From positions 64,001-128,000 of IMG/VR virus record IMGVR_UViG_3300042691_008788: a stretch of 64,000 nucleotides of DNA; one strand, 5' to 3'. Below the pieces are notes generated by a model that saw only the letters and a list, made by a program, of their open reading frames with translations, had not been told where the DNA came from and searched no databases. The number at the start of each line of letters is the position of its first letter. Position 1 is the stretch's first letter. This DNA is from a virus. The position numbers were made by a program, and so were the translations under genes. Of the stretch, positions 9,920-19,136 are shown piece by piece.

Positions 9920-10630
9920 TCAGTATTGCCTCATGTTTGGACTATTAGCATAATAAAAAGACTCATCTAGTCTAACTATCTCAGAATCGAATAGCGTCTG
10001 ACATATGTCAAATAGATTTTTGTGTGTGTCTACGAAAGAGCGGGTGTTATACACTTCATGTGAAAAGAGACGAAGTAGATGAGAAGATTTCCCAATCATG
10101 ACTCCATCATGAAGATGATCCTTCATCTGAGAAAAAACTAGCAGATCTTTGTCTGTTTTGCTGAATCTACTAATTGAGTCATTTATGTAATCTATCGAAG
10201 AGGGCTTGTGCGGAAATATATCTGGTCTTGTGAGTATCACTATATCATCCGACAAAGATGGTTGTGTTGACAAGAACTGATTCAATGCCATGTAACGATG
10301 CAAAATTTGCATCTTGTAACTAGACTCTCTGTAATATGGTCTTTCTTTACAAACGGGCAGGGTCTTATATTGAGATAACAGAAGATCTCGCGTCGATAGA
10401 TCTATAAAATCTACGGCATCAAAAAACTCAAGATCCATCAGTTTTTGTAGATTTACCTTAGAAGTGTCCGCAGACATAGTTTTATCCATGTCTCCTGTCC
10501 ACCATCCGAGTTCTTCGTGCGTAAAAATAACTCTTTTTTGACAAAGAAACCTTGATAGATGTCTCTCTATGAATGGTGTGGGGTTGGAATAAAAGTTTCT
10601 CAGATGTCCAGTGACGAAAAGAGTAGGCAT
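9920..10630 (-). CDS. hypothetical protein, possible glycosyltransferase
   Basis: LFVTGHLRNF, IFTHE, ILTRPDI pattern and island context. Confidence 0.5.
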   Translation of the reverse strand: MPTLFVTGHLRNFYSNPTPFIERHLSRFLCQKRVIFTHEELGWWTGDMDKTMSADTSKVNLQKLMDLEFFDAVDFIDLSTRDLLLSQYKTLPVCKERPYYRESSYKMQILHRYMALNQFLSTQPSLSDDIVILTRPDIFPHKPSSIDYINDSISRFSKTDKDLLVFSQMKDHLHDGVMIGKSSHLLRLFSHEVYNTRSFVDTHKNLFDICQTLFDSEIVRLDESFYYANSPNMRQY

Positions 10631-10631
10631 G

Positions 10632-11210
10632 TCATTTTCTCCGCACTATGAACATCAAGTCATCGTAACGACCCTTTGTTGCTCGCAGATCAACTATATC
10701 GAACTCATCTGTCTCTTGTTTTACTTTCTCAAATGCATTACAAAGAACTGGCATCCAATCGATTGACTGTACATCTTCTATTGCAAGAACTCCACCACTG
10801 TTAAGTTTACGAAGATAGATGTTAATACAAGATACCATAGAGTCTAGGGTGTGTGGTCCATCATCTATAATGATGTCGAAATTTGGCAATCCATCTGAAA
10901 CTCTAGAGTTGTATGCGTCATCTATTGTGATAACTATGTTATCGTTTTGCAATGCTTCTTGGACAATCTTCCCACCATAATTGTCAAGTCCATAAACCCC
11001 AGTGTGATTAGAAAAATACTTGTCCCACAAGAGCAGCGAATGACCAGAAGCGATTCCAATCTCAAGGATTTTTACTGCCTTGTCCCTATATTTGGAAAAC
11101 TCCTGCTCATAAAAGCCGTCAATGTAGTTGTGTGTGGTATTTTTGTCGGTGGCAACTCCACATTCCCCCGACCACTTGCTTTCATTCAATATTTCGTTCA
11201 AAGTTTTCAT
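10632..11210 (-). CDS. class I SAM-dependent (sugar O-)methyltransferase, MycE-like
   Basis: TDK..HNY..Y, ILEIGIASGHSL..W, FDIIIDDGPH, GGVLAIEDV. Confidence 0.85.
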   Translation of the reverse strand: MKTLNEILNESKWSGECGVATDKNTTHNYIDGFYEQEFSKYRDKAVKILEIGIASGHSLLLWDKYFSNHTGVYGLDNYGGKIVQEALQNDNIVITIDDAYNSRVSDGLPNFDIIIDDGPHTLDSMVSCINIYLRKLNSGGVLAIEDVQSIDWMPVLCNAFEKVKQETDEFDIVDLRATKGRYDDLMFIVRRK

Positions 11211-11233
11211 AGTTATTTTCTCAATCAAAATTT

Positions 11234-12397
11234 TTAAGAGTAAATCTGTATCTCAGGGAGCAGAACCACTATCTTTCCTCCAAATGATTGCCTGAGAGAG
11301 TGTATTATGTGATCTTTGAAGTTGTGTATCAGCACTATGATGTAGTCTGGTTTGTCTGTATTTATACGAGTTCTATCAACAACTTCTAACTTTGTTCCTG
11401 GAATAAACTTTCCTTGCTTACCTGGAGTGTCATCAACAACATAGAGAAATTGATCAACAAGAGATTTATCTATGCAATTTAAATAGACACAACTCTTAGC
11501 CCCAGCACCGAAACAGGCAACCCTGCCACCATTCAATAGACTTTGGATGAATATCTCATCGGATTCTATTTTATTCCTAACAGACTTTCCCCACGAAGCA
11601 AAATCAAAATCTTTCTCTATTTGAATATAGTTTTGAACTTCGTCAATATGACCTCTACCTCTGTTTGTAGACACCACTCGGATAGTTCCTCCGTGGATAG
11701 GATGTTCTGTTATAGAAACTATACTCAACCCATATTCAGAAAACAACTTGGCTAAAGGGGTTATTAGCCAGTAAAAGTAATGCTCATGATATATCTGATC
11801 AAATTGATTCGTCTGTGCGGTTCTTAAAAAATACGGAAATTCTAAAACCCAAACCCCATCTAAGTTTGATTTTATAGACCTCAAAAACCCATGGACATCC
11901 GAGTTGTGTTGAAACACATTAGTAGACACAATGAGATTTGCTTTTCCATCAATTTTGCAATCTGCCCAGAACTTTCTCTCATAGATGATGCCCGATGCTA
12001 TGTTTTCTTCCACAAAAGAAACGCTTGGATCAACATTGATAAGTCTTGTCTCAACTCCATCTGGCATCCTCTCCTTAAACACCTTAAGAAGAGTTCCATC
12101 ATTTCCTCCTATATCTACAATCGTAGAAATCTCTTTAGCATACATCGAAAGATGCTTTTTAATGTCGTTCCACATTGCTCGGCAATGTTGCTTATACGGC
12201 TCGTTCACAGAAGACCTATAGAGATATTCGTGAAACATCTCTGTTGGGTCAACCTGTGTGTCCAAGCGAAATATCATGTCTTCCTCAACCATTTTCAATG
12301 AATATCTTTTGGCAGAAATGGAAGATTCAGCAGTTGTTTTCAGGTTATTTGCCAAAGGTATTGTGTTCAGATCAAGTATAGTTCGTTCGTTGCTCAT
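11234..12397 (-). CDS. NDP-sugar C-methyltransferase-like protein
   Basis: YLYRSS, VDIGGNDGTLL, NVFQH, FDQIYHEH, IHGGTIR, FGAGAK, VDDTPGKQGKFIPGT. Confidence 0.9.
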   Translation of the reverse strand: MSNERTILDLNTIPLANNLKTTAESSISAKRYSLKMVEEDMIFRLDTQVDPTEMFHEYLYRSSVNEPYKQHCRAMWNDIKKHLSMYAKEISTIVDIGGNDGTLLKVFKERMPDGVETRLINVDPSVSFVEENIASGIIYERKFWADCKIDGKANLIVSTNVFQHNSDVHGFLRSIKSNLDGVWVLEFPYFLRTAQTNQFDQIYHEHYFYWLITPLAKLFSEYGLSIVSITEHPIHGGTIRVVSTNRGRGHIDEVQNYIQIEKDFDFASWGKSVRNKIESDEIFIQSLLNGGRVACFGAGAKSCVYLNCIDKSLVDQFLYVVDDTPGKQGKFIPGTKLEVVDRTRINTDKPDYIIVLIHNFKDHIIHSLRQSFGGKIVVLLPEIQIYS

Positions 12398-12415
12398 TTC
12401 TGTTCTCCTCGAAAA

Positions 12416-13099
12416 TTAATGAATCTCTTCATTTCCATGTACTGCTATCTTTCCCTTTATTCCAATTGGAGAATCAAAGAACTGATAGCGAGAAGGGTTC
12501 AATGTAGTCACATAGTTGTATACCATTTTTTCCATCGAAGTCTGATCACCAGAAGCGTATCTGTTCGTGGCATAGTTCAAAAAATCCATGTATTTCTCTC
12601 TGCATGATACCCGATAAAGTGATGGAATCGATGTAGAACCCTCCCAAGGAGTATTGTACATCACACGGACATTGAAGTCTTTATTCATGTCAAATCTTTC
12701 TAGTTTAAAACTAGAATCAATGATATATCTTCCACTGATCTTATAGATGTCGTTGGAAAAATCAATCTTTGATACTACTTCACGCAGGATAAAAGCCTCC
12801 CCAGCACTCTTATTTGGAGAGTGTACCCACTTAGCCACCTCTTGAGTTGAAGACAAATCTACAAACTTGTCTTCATAACCAAGAACTTTTCTTATTTTAA
12901 AACTATTAGCCGAACTCCAATCAAATGCACTACAGTCTGCAAGGATAATCTTAAATTGAGGTAACATATTCTTGATCGACAGAATAGTTTCGATAGTCTG
13001 CTTTAGTCTAGAATCAACATCAAAAACACTTCGTGTAGCAGTGTAATTCAAAGGACTATTAGTCGGGTGTATAACTGATGTTATTATGATGGTACTCAA
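12416..13099 (-). CDS. hypothetical protein, putative glycosyltransferase
   Basis: IITSVI..RSVF..RLKQTIETI..ILADCS..NKSAGE..YKISGRY; island context. Confidence 0.55.
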   Translation of the reverse strand: MSTIIITSVIHPTNSPLNYTATRSVFDVDSRLKQTIETILSIKNMLPQFKIILADCSAFDWSSANSFKIRKVLGYEDKFVDLSSTQEVAKWVHSPNKSAGEAFILREVVSKIDFSNDIYKISGRYIIDSSFKLERFDMNKDFNVRVMYNTPWEGSTSIPSLYRVSCREKYMDFLNYATNRYASGDQTSMEKMVYNYVTTLNPSRYQFFDSPIGIKGKIAVHGNEEIH

Positions 13100-13111
13100 A
13101 ATTTAGAACTC

Positions 13112-13861
13112 CTAAAATGAATAGTGCTTCTTGTAGTGATGTAGAATTGAATACTTTTCTCTTAATGTATCTTCTACCCCATCGTAGTTTTTTTTGCTAT
13201 GATCTTCTCCCCATCTACCAAGTTCATAAACTTCTGCATTAAACTGATGTTTCTTTCCTGCTAGCATGAAGGCAATTGAATTCATACAGTCAGTCCATCC
13301 TATTGTTGGATAAATCTTCTGTATAGCATCAAAGTTCTTGTCAACAAATGATATCAGATATGGATATATCATCTGAAATGTTTCTCGCTTAAATATCCCC
13401 CCACCACCAAGACCATAGTGATTGTCTGAATTTTCTCCACTAACATTTCTTATAAACTCTAGTAACGACGGGTGAATGTAGTTCTGTTTGCAGTTTTCTG
13501 TTACATACATCTCAACATCTATCGGAACATTGATAGAGTTTATTACACACACATCATCTTCCATTATCAGAATATGAGATGATTTGCACAAAGAAACAGC
13601 CGCAGAAAATCTCCTCAGATATTCCATCATCTGTGATTTCTTGTAACCAAATACTTTTTCGGGATATCCGATGTTCTCTTGGGCGTGAATATAAATGCAA
13701 TTGTGGTTACGACAAATATCGGAAAAATCATCACCGCCATCACATACAACCACATAGGTAGAATCTGGATTATACTTACGAAAACTTGATATCGCAGCAT
13801 CACTGGCTACTTTGTTTTTATAAACTAAGTGAAGTGCATCGATACTCAAAACACACCCCAC
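13112..13861 (-). CDS. GT-A fold glycosyltransferase
   Basis: VVVCDGG, ENIGY, ILIMEDDV (DxD-like), GGGGIF. Confidence 0.7.
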   Translation of the reverse strand: MGCVLSIDALHLVYKNKVASDAAISSFRKYNPDSTYVVVCDGGDDFSDICRNHNCIYIHAQENIGYPEKVFGYKKSQMMEYLRRFSAAVSLCKSSHILIMEDDVCVINSINVPIDVEMYVTENCKQNYIHPSLLEFIRNVSGENSDNHYGLGGGGIFKRETFQMIYPYLISFVDKNFDAIQKIYPTIGWTDCMNSIAFMLAGKKHQFNAEVYELGRWGEDHSKKNYDGVEDTLREKYSILHHYKKHYSF

Positions 13862-14628
13862 TTGCTAGTATCTACTCTATCATACTGATGTATAATTGGT
13901 ATTACACTTCCACCGACAGATGGGAGTTTGCTTTCATCCCATGTAGGCTTCTCAATCAACTTGTCACGGAACTTCTGAACTCCAACTGTCCCAAGGTGAA
14001 CCATAAGTCCATCGGATGGCCGAACCATTCGTATTGACCTTCTTCCAAACTCAGTACCCATGAGGATGTTGAAAGACGATTGATCTGAAACGCTTGCAGG
14101 ATTGTGGTAGCACATGGTGAAGATCATCAGACACAATTCAGCAACTGCTTCTACAGTTCCACAGAGAACGCCGACATTGCATATCTCCTGTTCCTTGTAC
14201 TCGTCATAGACATAGCCAAATCCCTCACGAAGATTTCCGTTCCCCCAATGCTCATCTTGATAAGCAATACATTCGCTGCCACAGACTATATTTCTACTAC
14301 CTAGAAGTTGAATCAAGCGGGGAAATGGATCTCCATGAAAATAGACATCCCTGCTATCTGTTAGAACAACATATGAGTATATGTGCTTCACAGACATCAG
14401 GTACTTGTATTGAAGTAAAAAGCGTAGGTTGTGTGGAGGCTTGTTCATCGGTGGAAGATGATATGGAACAACCATAACTCTGTTATCTGTACAATCCTTT
14501 ACAAGTTGATCATTTGAATTAATAAGGATATTACAAACATCATGCCCCGTCTTTTTTGCAGACAAGTTCCAAGTCTTTATTTGATCCCAACCATAACCTG
14601 AAGATGATGATAGAAATAAATTTTTCAC
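13846..14628 (-). CDS. GT-A glycosyltransferase resembling the PLOD/LH3 GT domain
   Basis: VVLTDSRDVYF, IVCGSE, CNVGVLCG, SDQ, IIHQYDR. Confidence 0.7.
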   Translation of the reverse strand: MKNLFLSSSSGYGWDQIKTWNLSAKKTGHDVCNILINSNDQLVKDCTDNRVMVVPYHLPPMNKPPHNLRFLLQYKYLMSVKHIYSYVVLTDSRDVYFHGDPFPRLIQLLGSRNIVCGSECIAYQDEHWGNGNLREGFGYVYDEYKEQEICNVGVLCGTVEAVAELCLMIFTMCYHNPASVSDQSSFNILMGTEFGRRSIRMVRPSDGLMVHLGTVGVQKFRDKLIEKPTWDESKLPSVGGSVIPIIHQYDRVDTSKWGVF

Positions 14629-15527
14629 TTGGTATCCATTACCTTCATAATAAAGTTCTTGAATATCTGTCGCCCATTGCGAATGTACTCATCTGCACGA
14701 TATCCTGTGATTGGATCAACAAAGGACATCGTCTGTAGTCTGTCTTGATCGGATAGCAAAGAGAATATATCTTGTACAGATCTAGTTACAGACTCTTGGT
14801 TGGTAGAATCAAATCTGATATACGATTTAGGATTAAACTCAAGCGCAATATCTTCGGCTCCCCAATAAATCGGAACTGAGTTGACAATAAATGCCTCATA
14901 GATCTTTTCTGTAATATATGACTTTTTTGCAAGATTTTCAAATGCAATAGCAGCCGAATACTTTGAAGTGAACTCCAACTTGTCAGAAACTTCACCAACA
15001 TTATTGCATACCCTTCCACCAGAGTCACATACACCACTCTGAACAAGATACTGAATCAATGTTGTTCTCAAGCCATTGCTTGGATTAGAAACAACTGCTG
15101 ATATCTTTCGCGTCTTATCCTTACGAAACTTTTCTCGCAGTTCTTCAAATGAATCACAGCCGTGCTTGTCAAGATAGTCCTGATGGTAGATCGCATATAG
15201 AGGAAACCTAAGTGCCATCATACCATTCGGCATATCCTCTTCAAGATCAAATCCAATGTATGCATCACATCCTGGTGTCGTGGAGACGATATCATAACTT
15301 TCTCCAGTAAAAGCAATTTTTTTACAGTTAATCTTGTTCATATCTGCATATGACGGAGAACCAACCATCGGTCGATATATTGAAATGACCAAATCAACAT
15401 TAGTATTCACTCCAAGTTGTATTTCACATTTTGGAAATATCTCCTTAAGCAATCTACTGATAATAAAACTATCTGTCGTACAATTATTGTCAAATCCACC
15501 CCAAGTATTGACATAAGCAATCTTCAT
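14625..15527 (-). CDS. GT10 alpha-1,3/4-fucosyltransferase-like protein
   Basis: FTGE, AVVSN, K..F...Y..AIAFEN....YITEKI..AF....VPIYWG. Confidence 0.9.
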   Translation of the reverse strand: MKIAYVNTWGGFDNNCTTDSFIISRLLKEIFPKCEIQLGVNTNVDLVISIYRPMVGSPSYADMNKINCKKIAFTGESYDIVSTTPGCDAYIGFDLEEDMPNGMMALRFPLYAIYHQDYLDKHGCDSFEELREKFRKDKTRKISAVVSNPSNGLRTTLIQYLVQSGVCDSGGRVCNNVGEVSDKLEFTSKYSAAIAFENLAKKSYITEKIYEAFIVNSVPIYWGAEDIALEFNPKSYIRFDSTNQESVTRSVQDIFSLLSDQDRLQTMSFVDPITGYRADEYIRNGRQIFKNFIMKVMDTK

Positions 15528-16183
15528 ATACTCACCTTTATCAATATTCTTTCTGGTGTTTCGTTGCGATCAAGAACAGAATACTTGCAGGAATTGATTC
15601 CTTCATTCTCCCAATCCAACTTCTTCAACCACATCTCTCTAATACGCTCTATGTTCTTCTTGTAATCTTGCTCATCAATCTTCCTGTCATGGTTCAATGA
15701 CTTCAGGATACCAGGCGACTGCCTTTGAACCTTCAACCCTGCGAGGTGGCAACGATAGAGGATGTCATCATCTTCTGCTCCCCAACCCCAATACTCGTTG
15801 CTGTATCCATTCACCTTGTTGAATGAGTTCCTACTGAACATAGTGACTCCACCAAAGTATCCTTCGTATGGAAGCCCATAGTTGAACTGACTTGCGGATG
15901 CAGCAAGGTGTGTTGGTAGTTCCTCATAGTTGTAACTTACATTCTGAGGAAGCATGTCAACATCATGAAACACAAAGTAATCGCAGTCCGTGTCTGCCTC
16001 AAGAAAACCAATATTCAACAACTTGGCTCTATTGAATGGCTTTCCAACTTCCTGCTCTATGATATAGATGTTGTGCAGTACATTCTGCTTGTCCAAGTAA
16101 CTCTTCATGTGAGGAAGGAACACCCGAAGGTGTTCCTCACGATCACGATATGGAACTACTATAGCAAGTTTATGTGTGGTCAA
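15524..16183 (-). CDS. GT7 beta-1,4-galactosyltransferase-like protein
   Basis: AIVVPYRDREEHL, FNRAKLLNIGF, FHDVDMLP, YFGGV, NGYSNEYWGWGAEDDD. Confidence 0.92.
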   Translation of the reverse strand: MTTHKLAIVVPYRDREEHLRVFLPHMKSYLDKQNVLHNIYIIEQEVGKPFNRAKLLNIGFLEADTDCDYFVFHDVDMLPQNVSYNYEELPTHLAASASQFNYGLPYEGYFGGVTMFSRNSFNKVNGYSNEYWGWGAEDDDILYRCHLAGLKVQRQSPGILKSLNHDRKIDEQDYKKNIERIREMWLKKLDWENEGINSCKYSVLDRNETPERILIKVSI

Positions 16184-17034
16184 AAAGCACCACCAGACAT
16201 TTTTTTCAAAGAATATCTCAAAGCATCCAACTCAGTTCTACAATGCATCATCGGATTTTCTTTTTGTATTGTTTCTAGACAGATATTTGCTCTTGGAGCA
16301 GAAAGAGAAAGTTGTTCTAAAGTCTTCAACTTCCAATTTGGATTCCCAAATCCAAATTTTTGCATTTCCGTAATGAACTCCTCGGTGTTAAGTGGATTTG
16401 GATTTATCATGTGATAAACCCCACATGCATCTACGAGAATACCACTTACAAGCATTTGCTCTATCGCAGAACACAAATCATCCATACAAGTTTTTGAATT
16501 TCTATAATTAAGAATATTGTCATAATTAACCAACTTACAAATCAAATTTCTTTGAGTAGTTTCTGAGTTAAAAGGAAGTCTGATCCTTAAATTTGAGTTC
16601 GGGAGATGTTTAGATGACAACTCATAAGCATGTTTAGTTTTTGTATAAAATGATGGTTCATTGAACATTCCAAAATTTGGAGTGTCTGATTCATTCCAAA
16701 CTTTATTATAACCATCGAACAAACAACCAGTGGAGATATGAACATAAGAAATGTTCCTATTAGCACACAAAGTATTGACCATAAGAGGAACACTGACATT
16801 CAAATTCCAACATTCTTCTTTTTTTGACTCGGCTTCGTCTATGTTTGGTCTGCCTGTGAATCCAAAGCACCCAAAGACAATATCTGGTCTAAACGACTGC
16901 AAATGACTATCCAAAATAGATTTGTTATGATAATCAAGAATATTTCTAGGAAAAACCAAGGTTTCGTGGGTTTTCACCAATTGCTTGTATAAGTTGCCAC
17001 CAACATATCCATTTCCCAGTATAGTTATTTTCAT
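16180..17034 (-). CDS. NDP-4-keto-6-deoxyhexose 3,5-epimerase/4-reductase (RmlD/NRS-ER-like)
   Basis: ILGNGYVG, GFTGRPNIDEAE, HISTGCLF, ESDTPNF, SFYTKTK, LRIRLP. Confidence 0.85.
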   Translation of the reverse strand: MKITILGNGYVGGNLYKQLVKTHETLVFPRNILDYHNKSILDSHLQSFRPDIVFGCFGFTGRPNIDEAESKKEECWNLNVSVPLMVNTLCANRNISYVHISTGCLFDGYNKVWNESDTPNFGMFNEPSFYTKTKHAYELSSKHLPNSNLRIRLPFNSETTQRNLICKLVNYDNILNYRNSKTCMDDLCSAIEQMLVSGILVDACGVYHMINPNPLNTEEFITEMQKFGFGNPNWKLKTLEQLSLSAPRANICLETIQKENPMMHCRTELDALRYSLKKMSGGAF

Positions 17035-17070
17035 AGTGATTAACATCCCCTACTGATTTTATTATCCAAT

Positions 17071-18090
17071 TCAAGCACTTCCATACTTAAACTCCTTTGC
17101 CACAGCATCCTCAAGCCGCTTCATCACATCATCGGTGAAGTACTTCTGTGGATTCTCATTGATGTTCTTCTCAAATGCCGTGGTGCCATCGGGAAGTTCG
17201 ATGCGAGTCGATACCTTCTTGAAGATTCCATGGTTGAGAGCGATCTCGGTAAGACCATAGTAGCGGTTCAGACCAGTATCATAGTTCAACTGAACATCGA
17301 CCTGTTGATTCTCTTTGGTCAAACGAGATTTGTACAACTTGCAATGAATGATGTTTCCCACCACATCCCCATCTGCATTCTTTTCCTTCTTCTTTGAGAG
17401 ATAGACGATGGTGGATGCGGCGTACTTCAAACCGCTGCCACCACCCATCTCCTTCGTCGGAACATACGCGCCAATGACATCGTATGTGTGATTGGTCATC
17501 ACAAGAGGAATCCTTGCCTTACCCAACTTCATGGTAAGGACACGGAATGTTGCCTTGACTCCCTGCGAACGAGTCATGTCGCGGACATTCTTACCCTCTG
17601 CTGAATCGTTGACTTCCTTCTCGGTTGACAACATTCCAAGTGAGTCAAGGACGATCATCATCGGCTTGCGATCTGATTCATCCATCTCAAGAACCTTGTC
17701 AACGATTGTCACACATTGAGTCTTGAACTCCTCAATCGTGGCAACGGGAAACACAGCGACTCGCTTGGCATCAACACCACGACCTTCGAACATGTCGGAT
17801 GTCACCGCTTGCTCTGAGTCAAAGTAGAGAACCATGCCCTCGGGATTGTTCTTGAGGAACTGCGCGACAATCCCAAGGGTAAAGTAGGTCTTTCCCGTGG
17901 CAGACTCACCCGCAAGGGCGATGATCTTGTTGTCGGCAACTCCACCATACAACGATCCTGAAAGGAGCGCATTGAAAGCATAGGAGCCTGTGTCAACGAA
18001 TCCCGCGACATCGGCACCTTCGATTCCATCCTCAACGATACTGGCAAACTTGTTGCCAGATTCCTTCACAATCTGCTTTAGAAAATTCAA
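17071..18090 (-). CDS. uvsX: RecA-like recombinase
   Basis: DTGSYAFNALLSG, AGESATGKT, LDSLGML, VTNHTY-like, MGGGSGLKYAAS; TTG start. Confidence 0.95.
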   Translation of the reverse strand: MNFLKQIVKESGNKFASIVEDGIEGADVAGFVDTGSYAFNALLSGSLYGGVADNKIIALAGESATGKTYFTLGIVAQFLKNNPEGMVLYFDSEQAVTSDMFEGRGVDAKRVAVFPVATIEEFKTQCVTIVDKVLEMDESDRKPMMIVLDSLGMLSTEKEVNDSAEGKNVRDMTRSQGVKATFRVLTMKLGKARIPLVMTNHTYDVIGAYVPTKEMGGGSGLKYAASTIVYLSKKKEKNADGDVVGNIIHCKLYKSRLTKENQQVDVQLNYDTGLNRYYGLTEIALNHGIFKKVSTRIELPDGTTAFEKNINENPQKYFTDDVMKRLEDAVAKEFKYGSA

Positions 18091-18094
18091 TGTA

Positions 18095-18400
18095 TTACTC
18101 TCCTGACAACTTGAGGCTTACTGGCTTGACTCCACCCGTTGGCATCACAAGACCCGAACCGAATCCCGTGCTGTACTCGTTTGCCGTATTGTCCTCTGCA
18201 TCGACGCAGTACAGAACCTTATCTGCTGCAATCGTGACCGACTCTTCCTTCGCAAATGGAATCCAAGGAACAAGACCAACCTCGCCCTTGTTGATCATCA
18301 CGATCATTGCTGGCTTCTTGAGAGTATAAGAAGTGCCATTGTCCGTCGTGTTTGCGAGAAGATTCTCACCCGTAACCAATCTAATCAACTTTGTAGCCAT
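18095..18400 (-). CDS. conserved T4-like-phage small protein (Sm-like fold suspected)
   Basis: KLIRLVTGENLLA..LKKPA..LVPWIPF..Y...FGSGL; AGGAG RBS. Confidence 0.7.
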   Translation of the reverse strand: MATKLIRLVTGENLLANTTDNGTSYTLKKPAMIVMINKGEVGLVPWIPFAKEESVTIAADKVLYCVDAEDNTANEYSTGFGSGLVMPTGGVKPVSLKLSGE

Positions 18401-18432
18401 GATATATCTCCTTTTGTTAGGCTTTCACTTCA

Positions 18433-18460
18433 AGTGTACTGTATTTATGACCATTGTCAA
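18433..18460 (-). promoter_or_regulatory. composite sigma70-like promoter with an embedded late promoter
   Basis: TTGACA-16 bp-TACACT; spacer contains CATAAATA (18442-18449). Confidence 0.65.
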
Positions 18461-18469
18461 TGACTTCAA

Positions 18470-19135
18470 TCAAGATTCTTCATCGTAGTTGAACTTAGTT
18501 GCCTTCGATGCACTCCACCTGTCCTGATTCTCGCAGTACCAATTCCGCGTCGAGAATCTGAAGTATGGAGTCTGTAGTTGCGATGTTGGAGTCTGTGACT
18601 GATGCTTCCAAATGATTCTATTGTTGGGCTGTGCAGCGAACTGTCCATTGTCTAACTTTATGATGTTGAAAGACTTGTGTTCATTTGGTGTTTCTGCCCA
18701 TGTCACATTCACCTCATTGGGATCAGATGCACAGGTATCCACGGTGAACAAATAGTAACCAGGTTCCTTCGTTCTATCTTTCATCACAACTTCACATCGT
18801 GCATTTCTCAAACGCTCTTTGCGAATAACAGAAATATTGTATGACATTCCATCCCAAAGTTGCAACCAATCCAAGGGATACAACTTGCTTGGATCAACAT
18901 TCTTGCGCCACACATAGGCATGTAGTGGCAACTTGTCATACACAGCACCGTATTCATGAATCAATGATTCAAAGTACAATGCCTGATTCGGAATAGACTT
19001 CACCGTAAGCCAGTGAGCAGATTCATATTCACCAACACCACAGATTTTTCCATCTTTGTCTGTAAGAAAATCATATAGGAATTCCTTACGAACAAATACC
19101 TCAATTGGTGGAATGTTTGCTATCAAATATGCCAT
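18470..19135 (-). CDS. conserved phage hypothetical protein
   Basis: MAYLIANIPP..VRKEFLYD..LQLWD..EHKSFNIIKLDNGQFAAQPNNR; start at 19135 just after the gp43 stop. Confidence 0.75.
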   Translation of the reverse strand: MAYLIANIPPIEVFVRKEFLYDFLTDKDGKICGVGEYESAHWLTVKSIPNQALYFESLIHEYGAVYDKLPLHAYVWRKNVDPSKLYPLDWLQLWDGMSYNISVIRKERLRNARCEVVMKDRTKEPGYYLFTVDTCASDPNEVNVTWAETPNEHKSFNIIKLDNGQFAAQPNNRIIWKHQSQTPTSQLQTPYFRFSTRNWYCENQDRWSASKATKFNYDEES

Positions 19136-19136
19136 A

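Noticed and set aside
6566-17046. Island as a T4-style DNA glucosylation locus because of its position near uvsX
   Set aside because: No alpha/beta-gt or hydroxymethylase homologue recognised, and the families present act on glycans or proteins; demoted but not excluded
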